A stretch of 64,000 nucleotides of DNA from Spirochaetota bacterium (GTDB lineage Bacteria; Spirochaetota; JAAYUW01; JAOAHJ01), in assembly GCA_026415295.1 (NCBI GenBank), contig JAOAHJ010000002.1:7509-71508 (forward strand), in the 5' to 3' direction. Position 1 is the first letter of the stretch; every line of letters begins with the position of its first letter. A program made the translations under genes and the position numbers. This document shows, piece after piece, positions 30,307 through 40,842 of the stretch. Below the pieces are notes generated by a model, which saw nothing but the letters and a program-made list of their open reading frames with translations, was not told the origin of the DNA and ran no database searches.

Positions 30307-31068
30307 TTGAAAAAAAAAGATAAAAATCTATTTATTTTATTTTTAATTATTATACTTTTTGTTTTTAGCAATATCATAAATTTCAAAAATATTTATTTTT
30401 CTAACTTTTATATTGTTTTAGGGGAAACAAAAGATTGGTTCTATGAAATTTTTTCAATGCAAACACAAGATGAATCTGAAAAAAAAATAGATATCAAAAT
30501 AAAAAATGGTTTTTTCCCTTCTGGAATAGACTTTGATGGTTTAAACCTTACTATTTTATTTACAAAACTTTTTCCATATAAGATTAAAGAAATTTTAGAA
30601 TGGAAAATTGAATCCACAGAACCAAACAAAAAGAATATTATAGAACTTCTAAAAAAAAATATAGAAAATGGATTTTTTCCTATAAATATTTCATACTCTG
30701 ATTTTTTATTTATGGTTTTATTTATTAAATTTAAAGACCAACCTGCAATAAATTCATTTAATATTGGTATATACCCATATGATATTAATAAAAAAGAAGA
30801 ATCATTTAAGATTATCTCTAAAAATATTAACGACTATATAAAAAGAGGATATATAATAAACGGTTTTTCCTCTGATAAACAAAATTTTTATTTGCTTTTT
30901 ACTAAAACTCATTCTGATTTAAAAATAAAAAATTGGGCTATAGATTGGGTATTAATGCAAAACTACTCTTTTAACAATTACATGCTAGATATAAAAACAA
31001 AAAATAGAAAAATTATTGACATTAAACCTGATGATGAATTTTTAATACTTTTATGGATTGAAGAGTAA
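30307..31068 (+). CDS. Hypothetical membrane-anchored protein with three internal ~60-aa repeats (TTG start)
   Basis: N-terminal TM. Repeats KNGFFPSGIDFDGLNLTILFTKLF, ENGFFPINISYSDFLFMVLFIKF, KRGYIINGFSSDKQNFYLLFTKT. Confidence 0.4.
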   Translation: MKKKDKNLFILFLIIILFVFSNIINFKNIYFSNFYIVLGETKDWFYEIFSMQTQDESEKKIDIKIKNGFFPSGIDFDGLNLTILFTKLFPYKIKEILEWKIESTEPNKKNIIELLKKNIENGFFPINISYSDFLFMVLFIKFKDQPAINSFNIGIYPYDINKKEESFKIISKNINDYIKRGYIINGFSSDKQNFYLLFTKTHSDLKIKNWAIDWVLMQNYSFNNYMLDIKTKNRKIIDIKPDDEFLILLWIEE

Positions 31069-32517
31069 AATATCTTTAATATTTTTCTTACTTATATTTT
31101 CATTGTTTTTTATTTTTTCACAAACAAAAAACATTTTCTCCTTAATAATATTACTTATGCTATAAAATTTTTTAACATTAGATACATTGTACTGTAAAAA
31201 AGCTTCATCATAATCAAGAAAATCATAAGTTATACCATTTTTAATAAATATTGCTTTTAAACCATCAACTAAAATTTGATAATCTTTTTTTAATATAAGA
31301 TCTCTCTTAAGTAAATTAAAAGTTTTCATTATATATGGATTGATTGAAAACTTTATAAATGATCCCTTTAATATTTTTTTTATCTGGAAAATAAATTGTT
31401 CAAATTTTTTAATCTCATCCTCAAATATTCCAATAATAAAATAAAACTTGAATCTATTAAATCCAAATTTTTTTGCAAAACTCAATATTTCAAAAATAAA
31501 ATTATCTGTTATTTTTTTGCCTAATATAAATCTATCTTCTTCAAATGGAGTTTCTGGAGCTAAAGTAATAGTGTTTATTTTAAAATCTTTATAGTACATT
31601 AATATTTCTAAATTTTGATTTTCTTCTTCTAATCTTAAAGATGAAAAATGAAAATTAACATTTGGAAATTTTATTCTCAATTTTTTTAAAAAATCTATTT
31701 CTATTGGATAAGCAGATAAAATACCAATATCATTTTTATATTTACAAGCTTTAGATATTAAATTAAATAAAACTTGTTCATTAAATATTCTATGATTTTT
31801 AGAACTTAACCAATAGTTACAAAATCTACATTTAAATTTACAACCTCTTGAATATTCAATAAAGAAATAAAAATTCTTATTATTTAAATCAAGATAATAA
31901 GTATAAGATGGATTAAAAAAATCTTTACTTATAATTCTTCTATTAAAAATATAAGAATAATAACAGAAAAATTTTTTATATAAAGGCTCTATAATTAGTT
32001 CATTAGGCTTTAAACATCTATTTCTTAACTCTATCAAATCCTTAATTTCATCAATTTCTCCAATAAAAACAAAATCAGCAATCAACCCAAAAATGAATGG
32101 ATTTAATAAAACAGAAGCTCCACCAATAAATATTTCTAATTTATTATCTTTTTCATTATTTCTCAATTCATTCAAAATAGTAATTTTTTCTAAATAAAAA
32201 GCAAAAAGAATATTAATTAAATCATACTCATAGGATATTGAAATAAAAATAATTTTGAAATCTTTTAAACTTTTATCTGTATCTGGTGAAAAAATTTTAT
32301 CATTATCAAAAAAAAATCTTGATACTGTAAAATTCCATTGATTTAATTTTTCATATACCTTCTGAAAACCAAGATTAGTAGAACCAATATAGTAATTATT
32401 TGGGAAAAAAAGAGCTACATTCTCACCTTTTTTTTCTCTATTTAATAAAAATATTTCTTTAATATTTTTTGAGTTTACACTGTTTACTTTTAATTTTTTA
32501 CTATAATATTTTTTCAC
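31051..32517 (-). CDS. B12-binding-domain radical SAM protein
   Basis: N-terminal Rossmann/B12-like region. Radical SAM cluster motif EYSRGCKFKCRFCNYW (CxxxCxxC). 488 aa. Immediately downstream of ftsZ, same strand. Confidence 0.7.
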   Translation of the reverse strand: MKKYYSKKLKVNSVNSKNIKEIFLLNREKKGENVALFFPNNYYIGSTNLGFQKVYEKLNQWNFTVSRFFFDNDKIFSPDTDKSLKDFKIIFISISYEYDLINILFAFYLEKITILNELRNNEKDNKLEIFIGGASVLLNPFIFGLIADFVFIGEIDEIKDLIELRNRCLKPNELIIEPLYKKFFCYYSYIFNRRIISKDFFNPSYTYYLDLNNKNFYFFIEYSRGCKFKCRFCNYWLSSKNHRIFNEQVLFNLISKACKYKNDIGILSAYPIEIDFLKKLRIKFPNVNFHFSSLRLEEENQNLEILMYYKDFKINTITLAPETPFEEDRFILGKKITDNFIFEILSFAKKFGFNRFKFYFIIGIFEDEIKKFEQFIFQIKKILKGSFIKFSINPYIMKTFNLLKRDLILKKDYQILVDGLKAIFIKNGITYDFLDYDEAFLQYNVSNVKKFYSISNIIKEKMFFVCEKIKNNENISKKNIKDILLFNP

Positions 32518-32608
32518 AATAATCTTATTTTATTTCTTATCTAATAAAGTTGACTAATTAAATTTATTACATTTATTTAAGTTATTTTCCTTTAATCTTT
32601 TATTTTAT

Positions 32609-33763
32609 CTAATTATTTTTAATTGCTTTATTTTTAATAAAAGAAGGAATATCATCTTCTCCAATATTAACACCTTTTAAAAATTCAACATGATTATAAG
32701 GGAAAATATTGGTATTTGAATTAACAACTTTCTTTACATTATCCTTTAATATTTCTTGAGATATAATTTCTTCCTTTTGAGTTGAAAAGCCTGTAGCTAT
32801 AATTGTAATTCTAATTTTCTCCTTTTCTTTAAATTTTTCATTTCTAATAACCCCTGGAATAATAATAGCATCTGGATCCATTCTTTGAGCAACCATATTC
32901 ATTGCTTCATTATATTCAGTCATTTGAAAATCATCTCCACATTCAATATTAACTATTGCAGATTTGGCTCCATCAAGAGTAGCATTTTCTATTAAATTGT
33001 TTGTTATAGCATTTGTAACCGCTTCAACTACCCTGTTCTCACCAGTACCTTCACCTATTCCCATAAGTGCATAACCAGAATCTTTCATAACTGTTTTAAC
33101 ATCTTGAAAATCTACATTTATATAACCATGTTTGGTTAAAAGATCGGATAAACCTTGTACAGAATGTCTTAAAATATCATCAGCTAAAGCAAATGCATTA
33201 AAAAATGTTATTGAAGCCCTAGTTAATTCGCTAATTCTATCATTAGGAATAACGATCAATGTATCTACAAAACTTCTTAATTTTCTTATTCCTTCTTCTG
33301 CTTTCTCAATTTTTTTCTTTCCCTCATGTTTAAAAGGTTTTGTAACAACAGCAACAGTTAAGCAACCTATCTCTTTTGCTATTTTAGCAACTACTGGTGC
33401 AGCTCCAGTTCCTGTACCTCCACCCATTCCAGCAGTTATAAAAACAAGATCTGCACCTTTTAATGCTTCTCTAATTTTATTTTGATCTTCCTCAGCAGCC
33501 TTCTCACCAAGTTCAGGATTTGCACCAGCACCTAACCCTTTTGTTACTTTAGTTCCAATTTGTATCTTTATTTGAGCTTTTGAATTACTTAGAGCTTGTT
33601 TGTCTGTATTAATTGCTATAAAAGTAACATCTTCAAGATTTTCTTTAATCATATGATTTACAGCATTTTGACCAGCTCCACCGACCCCTACTACCTTTAT
33701 AACAGGGATTGGATAATTTAGATCCTCTGGAATATCTACATTAATGTTAAAATTCTCAACCAT
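32609..33763 (-). CDS. ftsZ: Cell division GTPase FtsZ
   Basis: [10 protein letters not shown], tubulin signature [14 protein letters not shown]7 loop NVDFQDV. Confidence 0.95.
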   Translation of the reverse strand: MVENFNINVDIPEDLNYPIPVIKVVGVGGAGQNAVNHMIKENLEDVTFIAINTDKQALSNSKAQIKIQIGTKVTKGLGAGANPELGEKAAEEDQNKIREALKGADLVFITAGMGGGTGTGAAPVVAKIAKEIGCLTVAVVTKPFKHEGKKKIEKAEEGIRKLRSFVDTLIVIPNDRISELTRASITFFNAFALADDILRHSVQGLSDLLTKHGYINVDFQDVKTVMKDSGYALMGIGEGTGENRVVEAVTNAITNNLIENATLDGAKSAIVNIECGDDFQMTEYNEAMNMVAQRMDPDAIIIPGVIRNEKFKEKEKIRITIIATGFSTQKEEIISQEILKDNVKKVVNSNTNIFPYNHVEFLKGVNIGEDDIPSFIKNKAIKNN

Positions 33764-33921
33764 AAATCCCCCTCCCCTTAATATATGAAATATAGGATAT
33801 TTAAAATATAAATAAAAAAGTTAATTAAAATTAAATTAAAAATTAGCTAATTTAAAAATTAATTTAAAAAATTTAAAATAAATATCAAATAATTATTTCT
33901 AATTATTTTTAATAATATAAA

Positions 33922-35151
33922 CTAAGATTTAAAAAAATCCATAAATTTTTTTAAAGATTTTAATATTCCACCATTTTCTTCTTTTTTATAATCTTCTTTA
34001 TCAAACTTTACTAATTTTAACAATCCATAAGCTACAGAATATTGAGGGTCATATACTCTATTGTCTACTGTTTTAAAACCAACTGGCTTTCCTAGTCTTA
34101 CTGGATAATTTAAAAATTTATTACAAAAACTTTCCAAACCTTTAATTTTTGATCCTCCTCCAGTAATAACAATGCCTGCAGTTATATAATCTTTTAAGTT
34201 ATTATTAATAATTTGATCTACTACCAAAGAAAATATATCTTTTAATCTTTCCTCAATTATTTGAGAAAGGTATTTCCTTTTTTCAAGTCGTGCTGGACTT
34301 GCACCAATCTGTGGGAGTTCAAACTTTTCAGTTTCATCAATATCATCAGAATTAGCATATCCTGCAAAAATTTTTATTTTTTCAGCTTCCTTTATAGGAA
34401 CTTTTAGTAATATTGCAATATCTTTAGTAATATTAAATGAACCCATTGGAATAACAGAAGTATGATATACAGATCCATTATAAAAACAAATAATATCTGT
34501 AGTTTCTGCTCCAATATCTACAAGTAATACCCCCAATTCTTTTTCATCTTCCATTAAACAAGCTTCAGCTGAAGCTATAGATGATATAACAAGATCATTT
34601 ATATTATAATTAGCTCTTGCTATTGCACTTTTTAAATTTTTAATTAAGGCTGATGAACCAGTAACAAGGTGGCATGAACCTTCAAGTCTAACCCCACTCA
34701 TTCCTAAAGGATTTTTTATAGCGTCCTGGTTATCAACGATGTACTCCTGTTCAAGTACATGTATTATTTCTCTACCTTTTGGAACAACAATAGTCCTTGC
34801 TGCTTCAATAACCCTTACAATATCATCTTCTGAAACTTCATTATTTTTCCCAGTAATTGCAACAACACCTTTAGAATTTATACCAAAAAGATGATCTCCA
34901 CCAATATTAACAATAAGTGAATCAACTTCAATACCTGACATTATTTCAGCTTCTTCAGTTGATTTTTTTATAGATTTAGTAGTTGCTTCAATATTAACAA
35001 TAACCCCCTTTTTAATACCTTTAGATTCATCCTCACCTATTCCAACGATTGATATTGAATCTTCTTGATCATCATATTTACCTATAAGTGTACAAATTTT
35101 ACTTGAACCAATATCACAAGCAGCTATAATTTTTGGTTTACCCATCATCAT
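33922..35151 (-). CDS. ftsA: Cell division protein FtsA
   Basis: Actin-fold motifs (AACDIGSSKI; LVDIGAETTDI; ITGGGSKIKGL). Confidence 0.9.
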   Translation of the reverse strand: MMMGKPKIIAACDIGSSKICTLIGKYDDQEDSISIVGIGEDESKGIKKGVIVNIEATTKSIKKSTEEAEIMSGIEVDSLIVNIGGDHLFGINSKGVVAITGKNNEVSEDDIVRVIEAARTIVVPKGREIIHVLEQEYIVDNQDAIKNPLGMSGVRLEGSCHLVTGSSALIKNLKSAIARANYNINDLVISSIASAEACLMEDEKELGVLLVDIGAETTDIICFYNGSVYHTSVIPMGSFNITKDIAILLKVPIKEAEKIKIFAGYANSDDIDETEKFELPQIGASPARLEKRKYLSQIIEERLKDIFSLVVDQIINNNLKDYITAGIVITGGGSKIKGLESFCNKFLNYPVRLGKPVGFKTVDNRVYDPQYSVAYGLLKLVKFDKEDYKKEENGGILKSLKKFMDFFKS

Positions 35152-35942
35152 TCCTTTTCAACAATTCTCCCAATGTTACTTATCGATAAATCTAAATACT
35201 TTATTTTATCATTATCTCCAATAATTTTACTTATTAAAATTAAATTTTCAATCTTTTCTTTATTAAAATAAGTTCCAAATTTAGTATAAAAATTTATATT
35301 ATTTAAATAAATATATATTTCTCCATTTTTAAATATCTTAATTTGAGATATTATCTTTCTATAATACTTATCTTCAGAAACAAATAAAAACCATTCAGGC
35401 AAGTTAATTTTTTTGCCAATTTCTGGTATAACATTTTCTATTGTAACAATTGGATAATTTAATAAATCAATTGATAAACATTTTTCTAAAATATATCCAT
35501 CAGATGATAAATAATAAAAAACTCCATTATTTTCATCGTAAAAAATAAAACTTTTTTCTTTTTCAAATATTTCTATCAATATATTATTTAGAAAAAAAAA
35601 CTTTATTTTAACATCTTTCACATAATATAAACTTTTTATGCTTTCTTTCAACTTTCTAGAAAAAAAATTTATAATAATTAAACTATCTAAATTATTTTCT
35701 TTAATAAAATCCTCAGATGATTTAACAGTTAAACCTTTAACCAATATTTTTTCTGGATATAAAATTTTTTTTCCTGTTACTTCTTCATAAATAATAATAA
35801 AATAAAATAGAATAAAAAAAATTATTATTGTAATTAAAAAAAATACTTTTAAAAATTTTAATAGACTTAATTTTTTTTCTTTATTTGACTTTTCTTTTGA
35901 ATTAATTCTTTTGTAAATATTATCTTTAATTTCATATTTCAT
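35148..35942 (-). CDS. ftsQ: FtsQ/DivIB-like cell division protein
   Basis: Single TM then POTRA-like region. Position between ftsW and ftsA. Overlaps both neighbours. Confidence 0.55.
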   Translation of the reverse strand: MKYEIKDNIYKRINSKEKSNKEKKLSLLKFLKVFFLITIIIFFILFYFIIIYEEVTGKKILYPEKILVKGLTVKSSEDFIKENNLDSLIIINFFSRKLKESIKSLYYVKDVKIKFFFLNNILIEIFEKEKSFIFYDENNGVFYYLSSDGYILEKCLSIDLLNYPIVTIENVIPEIGKKINLPEWFLFVSEDKYYRKIISQIKIFKNGEIYIYLNNINFYTKFGTYFNKEKIENLILISKIIGDNDKIKYLDLSISNIGRIVEKE

Positions 35943-37056
35943 AATTATCTTTTTCTTTTATTTCTATTAGTTCCTCATTTGAAAAATAATTTACTTTTAA
36001 TAATATCCATATCATTATTATAAAAATTAAATTTGAACTACCACCATATGAAACGAAAGGCAAAGTAAGTCCTGTTGGCGGTAAAAGACCTATTGAAACA
36101 AAAATATTTAAAATTGCCTGAATGACTATTAAGGCTATAATAAAAAAGGAAATCAAAAAACAAAAATTATCTTTCTGTCTTTTTACAATTCTAATTCCAG
36201 ATAAAAAAATTAAAATATAAATTATAATAATAGAAATACCACCTATTAATCCTAATTCTTCATTTATTGCAGCAAAAATAAAATCAGAATAAGAAAGAGG
36301 AAGAACGTTTCCTGAAAAGATAGTTGTACCAACCCCTTTACCAGAAAAACCCCCACTTACGATAGCAGTAAAAGATTTTATTACCTGATAGCCAATATCA
36401 TCAGAATATCTAAAAGGATCAAAAAAAGCAAGTAATCTATAACTCCTATAACCACTATATATTGATAAAATTACAAATAAACAAGTTCCAAAAGTAAGCA
36501 AATAAAATATATATAAAAAAGGAACTCCTATTATAAAATAAGAAACTATTAAAAACATAGAGAAAAGTATAGCTGTTGATAAATCTTTTTGTAAAATTAT
36601 TAAAACAACATAAATTAAAGTTAAAATCAGTGGAAATAAAAATTCTTTATCATAGTTAAAAACTCTAGATTTTTTCTCACTCATTATAACTGAAAACACC
36701 AATATAATTGTAAGCTTTGCTAATTCTGATGGTTGAAAAGAAAAAAAACCTATTCTTATCCATCTATATGAATTATTTACAGAAAAGCTATTTTTAAAAA
36801 TTATTGGAATAAGAAGTAAAATAAAATTTAAAACATAAATTAATATATAATTTTTTTTTATTAAACTAAAAAATCCTTTATAAAAAAAAATAATTACCCC
36901 TAAAATATTAGCAATAAAAATAATAACAACATGTTTTAATAGAAAAACTTTAGAAAGAGTTCGAGAATAAACCATTAATGAACCTATTGAAACTAAAACA
37001 AAAATAAGTATTAAAACTGAATAGTCATATTCATTTTTTTTTATATTTTGTATCAT
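35932..37056 (-). CDS. ftsW: SEDS-family peptidoglycan glycosyltransferase FtsW/RodA
   Basis: Ten TM helices. SEDS motifs (FQPSELAKL; TAIVSGGFSGKGVG; PLSYSDFIFAAINEELG; LPPTGLTLPFVSYGGSS). Confidence 0.85.
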   Translation of the reverse strand: MIQNIKKNEYDYSVLILIFVLVSIGSLMVYSRTLSKVFLLKHVVIIFIANILGVIIFFYKGFFSLIKKNYILIYVLNFILLLIPIIFKNSFSVNNSYRWIRIGFFSFQPSELAKLTIILVFSVIMSEKKSRVFNYDKEFLFPLILTLIYVVLIILQKDLSTAILFSMFLIVSYFIIGVPFLYIFYLLTFGTCLFVILSIYSGYRSYRLLAFFDPFRYSDDIGYQVIKSFTAIVSGGFSGKGVGTTIFSGNVLPLSYSDFIFAAINEELGLIGGISIIIIYILIFLSGIRIVKRQKDNFCFLISFFIIALIVIQAILNIFVSIGLLPPTGLTLPFVSYGGSSNLIFIIMIWILLKVNYFSNEELIEIKEKDNYEI

Positions 37057-37071
37057 AAAAAATTAAATATA

Positions 37072-38643
37072 TTAATTAAAATATATTTCAGTAATAAATT
37101 TTTTTAAATTAATACCATGCGAACCTTTAATAAAAAATAATTTTTTCATTCTTTCACTATTTATTAAATTTAAAAAGTCCTTATTATCATTAATAAAAAT
37201 ATTAAAAAAATTAATAAAATCATCAACTTTATTAAAAAAAGCAAAATAGCTACCAATTATCTTGTTATTTTTTATAATAATTTTTTTGTTTTTTTCTAAA
37301 TTAAACTTTTTTATAAAAGATAAACTATTGAAAACTTTTTCATTTTTTATAAATATCTTAAAAAACATTTCCCCCACATAAAAAATTAAGGAATTTTTTC
37401 TAAATAAAATATCTAATAAAAATTTTTTATGAAATTTTTCAGATTTTTCTCCAAGTTCAAGCATATCACCTAATACAATTATTTTATAAAAATTCTTATA
37501 ATTACTGAAAATCCAATTTAGAAATATCTTAAGAGAATCTGGATTAGAATTATAACAATCTTCTATAAAAACTAAGTTATTAAAATATTCATTTTTAATA
37601 ACCTTTATATTTGCTCTACCTTCTGGTAACTCTATATTATTAATATTTTCAATTAACAACATTTCATCATCTATAAAAGTTTTAGCAATTTCATAGCAAT
37701 AATAAAAATTTTTAATATTATGTTCTCCAATAAAAGGTAAACGTACAATATTATTATTTATTTTAACAAAAGATGAAAAAGAATCTTCGAATTTTTCTTT
37801 AATTATATTTATTTCCTCTAGTTTTTTTATTATTTTAAATTTTGATCTATTAATTTTTTCTATTTTTATCTTTCTAAAATTAAAAGATTTATCTTTAAAT
37901 ATTTTTTTTAAAAATTTGTCATCCATATTAATAAAAAATATATTATCTTTTTCAAAATTTTTTGTTATTGAAACTTTTTCTACAAAAATATTTTTTTTAT
38001 TTTTAAAAAATTCAAGATGAGTATTACCTATACATGTAATAAAAGCATAATCAATTCTAATAATATCTACAATTTCTTGAATTTCACCAGGATGATTTGT
38101 TCCTATCTCAAGAATAAGGAAATCGTAAATAGAATCTTCATTTTTAGAAACATCATTAGTAATATTTAATTCATTTACAAAATAAAATAAAGTATTAGCT
38201 ATGCCTATTATATTATTATAGTTTTTTTCATTCATTAAAACTTTATATTTGCTTGATAACAATTTATAAAGAAAATACTTGCAAGTAGTTTTTCCATAAG
38301 AACCAGTTATTCCAAATATTTTAATATTTTTTTTAAAATCATAATATGCAAGTCTTAAATAATCTCTATTAGGATTTTTTGAAACTATTATATTTTTAAA
38401 ACTTTTTAGAATTTTTTCTCTGTTTTTTTGAAAAAAATTATCATTTATTAAAATCCCTGAAACTCTATTATTGATTTCAAAAATAAATTCTGAGCCATCA
38501 AACTTTTCACCCTTTAAACCTATAAAGAAATCTCCATCCTTAATCTTCCTTGTATCAGTGGATACTGATTTTATAATAAAATCTTGATCTCCATAAAATT
38601 CTAATCCAAGATTTAAACAGACATTGTAAAGTTTTGTAACCAT
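37072..38643 (-). CDS. murF: UDP-MurNAc-tripeptide--D-Ala-D-Ala ligase MurF (extended)
   Basis: IFGITGSYGKTTCK P-loop. ILEIGTNHPGEI. 523 aa, ~70 aa longer than usual at the C-terminus. Confidence 0.8.
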   Translation of the reverse strand: MVTKLYNVCLNLGLEFYGDQDFIIKSVSTDTRKIKDGDFFIGLKGEKFDGSEFIFEINNRVSGILINDNFFQKNREKILKSFKNIIVSKNPNRDYLRLAYYDFKKNIKIFGITGSYGKTTCKYFLYKLLSSKYKVLMNEKNYNNIIGIANTLFYFVNELNITNDVSKNEDSIYDFLILEIGTNHPGEIQEIVDIIRIDYAFITCIGNTHLEFFKNKKNIFVEKVSITKNFEKDNIFFINMDDKFLKKIFKDKSFNFRKIKIEKINRSKFKIIKKLEEINIIKEKFEDSFSSFVKINNNIVRLPFIGEHNIKNFYYCYEIAKTFIDDEMLLIENINNIELPEGRANIKVIKNEYFNNLVFIEDCYNSNPDSLKIFLNWIFSNYKNFYKIIVLGDMLELGEKSEKFHKKFLLDILFRKNSLIFYVGEMFFKIFIKNEKVFNSLSFIKKFNLEKNKKIIIKNNKIIGSYFAFFNKVDDFINFFNIFINDNKDFLNLINSERMKKLFFIKGSHGINLKKFITEIYFN

Positions 38644-38671
38644 TAAAATCCTCTAAATAAATTGTTTTACT

Positions 38672-40549
38672 CTATTCTAATAATTTAATAAATTTACAAA
38701 CTTCTTCTTGATCTGAAAAGTGGTATTTTATACCCTTAATTTCCTGGTAGTCTTCATGCCCTTTTCCAGCAATTAAGCCAGCAGAATATTCTAAAAATCC
38801 TAGTAAATATGAGCATATAAAAATAGCCTTTCTTCTATCTTCCTCAATAATTACAACTTTTTCATTATTTTTTAATCTTTTTATTATAAATTCAACCTTT
38901 TCTTTGTCAAATTTATAAAATATGTTATCTAATTCAGCATCAAATTCATTCAAAATATCATTTCCTTTAATTTTAAAAGATTTTATATCATCAATACCAT
39001 CTATTATTTCATTTATTATTTCAGAAGGATTCTCGTTTCTTGGATTATCAGATGTAATTATTACTAAATTAGAATTTTCATAAGCTATCTTTCCCATTTC
39101 TGGCCTCTTAGATTTATCTCTATCACCCCCACAACCAAAAACTGTTAAAATATAATTATAATTTTCATCTTTTAAAACATTAATTGAAGTATATAGAGAG
39201 TTAGAAGTGTGAGCATAATCAACATATATATCGTTAGATTTAAAATTTATCTTTTCAAGTCTTCCTTTGATGTAAAAATTAAAAAATTTATTATTAATAT
39301 TTTTTATTTTTCTATATTTTAGAAAATATAAAGCGATTGAGGTAATAATATTGTAACCATTAAATTTTCCAATTAAGCTTGTTTTTATAGTAATAAAAAA
39401 TTTATTGAAAAATTTAATTTTATATTCAGTAACACCTCTTAATGAAGATATTTTTTCTATATTAAAATCAGCATCTTTACTATAGCCATATGTATAAAGC
39501 TTAATACTATTATATTTTTTAACATAATCTCTTACTAGATAAAAATTTCTATCATCAATATTCGCAAGAACAAATTTATTTTTTTTATTTGAAATACTTA
39601 AAATATCAATTATCTTTAGTTTTGCATTATAATAATTCTCAAGAGTTTTATGAAAATCAAGATGATCTGAAGTCATATTGGTAAAAACAAGGCCATCAAA
39701 ATAAATAGAATGAAACCTAAATAGTTCAGAGCCTATTGAAGTAACTTCCATAAAAATATTCTTAGATTGATTCAAATTTGAAATTATTTCAAATAAATCC
39801 CAAATCTCTGGACTAGTAGGAGTTGAGAAAATAAAATTTATATCTTTTTCACATTCATTAACTCCTAATGTACCAATTGATGAACTATTTTTATTATAAA
39901 AATTAAAAAGTTGTCTTGTTATATTAACTGTTGATGTTTTTCCATCAGTTCCAGTAACCCCTATTATAAATTTTTTTTCATCTATAAAGTAATTAATAAA
40001 TTTTACTAAAAAATTATATAAAAGTTTAGTATTATTGCAATTTATAAATATTTTATTAATATCAATTAACTTATTCTCTTTTGATGATTCATTTGACTTT
40101 AATAATTCAGAAATATTATTACAATCAATAGAAAAATATTCTTTAATAAAAGCTATAAACGACTTATATCTTTTGTTTTTATATAATATTTCTTCATTAA
40201 AATCTAGAATTAAAATATCAGATAAACTAAAAATCTTCTCAAATTCATCATAAGGATTAAATCTATTTCCTTTTATAAAAACAAATATTTTGTTAATTTT
40301 GATTTTATTTTTTTTAAAAAATTCTTCTTTTTCAATAAAATTGTCATTATTTGAACTATATAATTTCCTTGTGTCGTGAAAAATATAATCTCTATTTATA
40401 AATATATTTTGATTTTTTATATTATGTGCTGAAAAATAGAAATTTTTATCAATAACTTTTATTTTTTCAATATTTTTATTTAAATAACAAACAAATTTAT
40501 TAAAAAGTAAATTTTTATTTTTTTTTATTTTAAAACTAAAATTTGTCAA
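38672..40549 (-). CDS. murE: UDP-MurNAc-L-Ala-D-Glu--2,6-diaminopimelate ligase MurE (N-terminally extended)
   Basis: IIGVTGTDGKTST P-loop. DNPR motif (ITSDNPRNE) indicating a meso-DAP-type ligase. 625 aa with an ~130-aa K/N-rich N-terminal extension. Confidence 0.8.
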   Translation of the reverse strand: MTNFSFKIKKNKNLLFNKFVCYLNKNIEKIKVIDKNFYFSAHNIKNQNIFINRDYIFHDTRKLYSSNNDNFIEKEEFFKKNKIKINKIFVFIKGNRFNPYDEFEKIFSLSDILILDFNEEILYKNKRYKSFIAFIKEYFSIDCNNISELLKSNESSKENKLIDINKIFINCNNTKLLYNFLVKFINYFIDEKKFIIGVTGTDGKTSTVNITRQLFNFYNKNSSSIGTLGVNECEKDINFIFSTPTSPEIWDLFEIISNLNQSKNIFMEVTSIGSELFRFHSIYFDGLVFTNMTSDHLDFHKTLENYYNAKLKIIDILSISNKKNKFVLANIDDRNFYLVRDYVKKYNSIKLYTYGYSKDADFNIEKISSLRGVTEYKIKFFNKFFITIKTSLIGKFNGYNIITSIALYFLKYRKIKNINNKFFNFYIKGRLEKINFKSNDIYVDYAHTSNSLYTSINVLKDENYNYILTVFGCGGDRDKSKRPEMGKIAYENSNLVIITSDNPRNENPSEIINEIIDGIDDIKSFKIKGNDILNEFDAELDNIFYKFDKEKVEFIIKRLKNNEKVVIIEEDRRKAIFICSYLLGFLEYSAGLIAGKGHEDYQEIKGIKYHFSDQEEVCKFIKLLE

Positions 40550-40587
40550 TTTCCCACTCCCTAGAACAAAATAAATATTTAAAAAAA

Positions 40588-40842
40588 CTAATTCCTTTTT
40601 TCCAAAATTAAAATATCATCTTTTTCTACTTCTATCAGATTTTCATCCCTTAAATTTTCATTAATTCTTATTTTTGATAGCATTTTTTCTTTTATCATCT
40701 TGAGATTTTCATTTTCTTCTTTTAACCTATTTATTTTTGAATCAATTTCAAAAATCTCTTTTTTCAAATTTATTATTTTATATGAAATAAAAAAACTAAA
40801 CAAAAATAATATTACCAATAATAAAAAATTAATGATTTTCAT
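40588..40842 (-). CDS. ftsL: FtsL/DivIC-like septum-formation protein
   Basis: 84 aa: one TM plus coiled coil (KINRLKEENENLKMIKEKM). Position between rsmH and murE. Confidence 0.55.
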   Translation of the reverse strand: MKIINFLLLVILFLFSFFISYKIINLKKEIFEIDSKINRLKEENENLKMIKEKMLSKIRINENLRDENLIEVEKDDILILEKRN

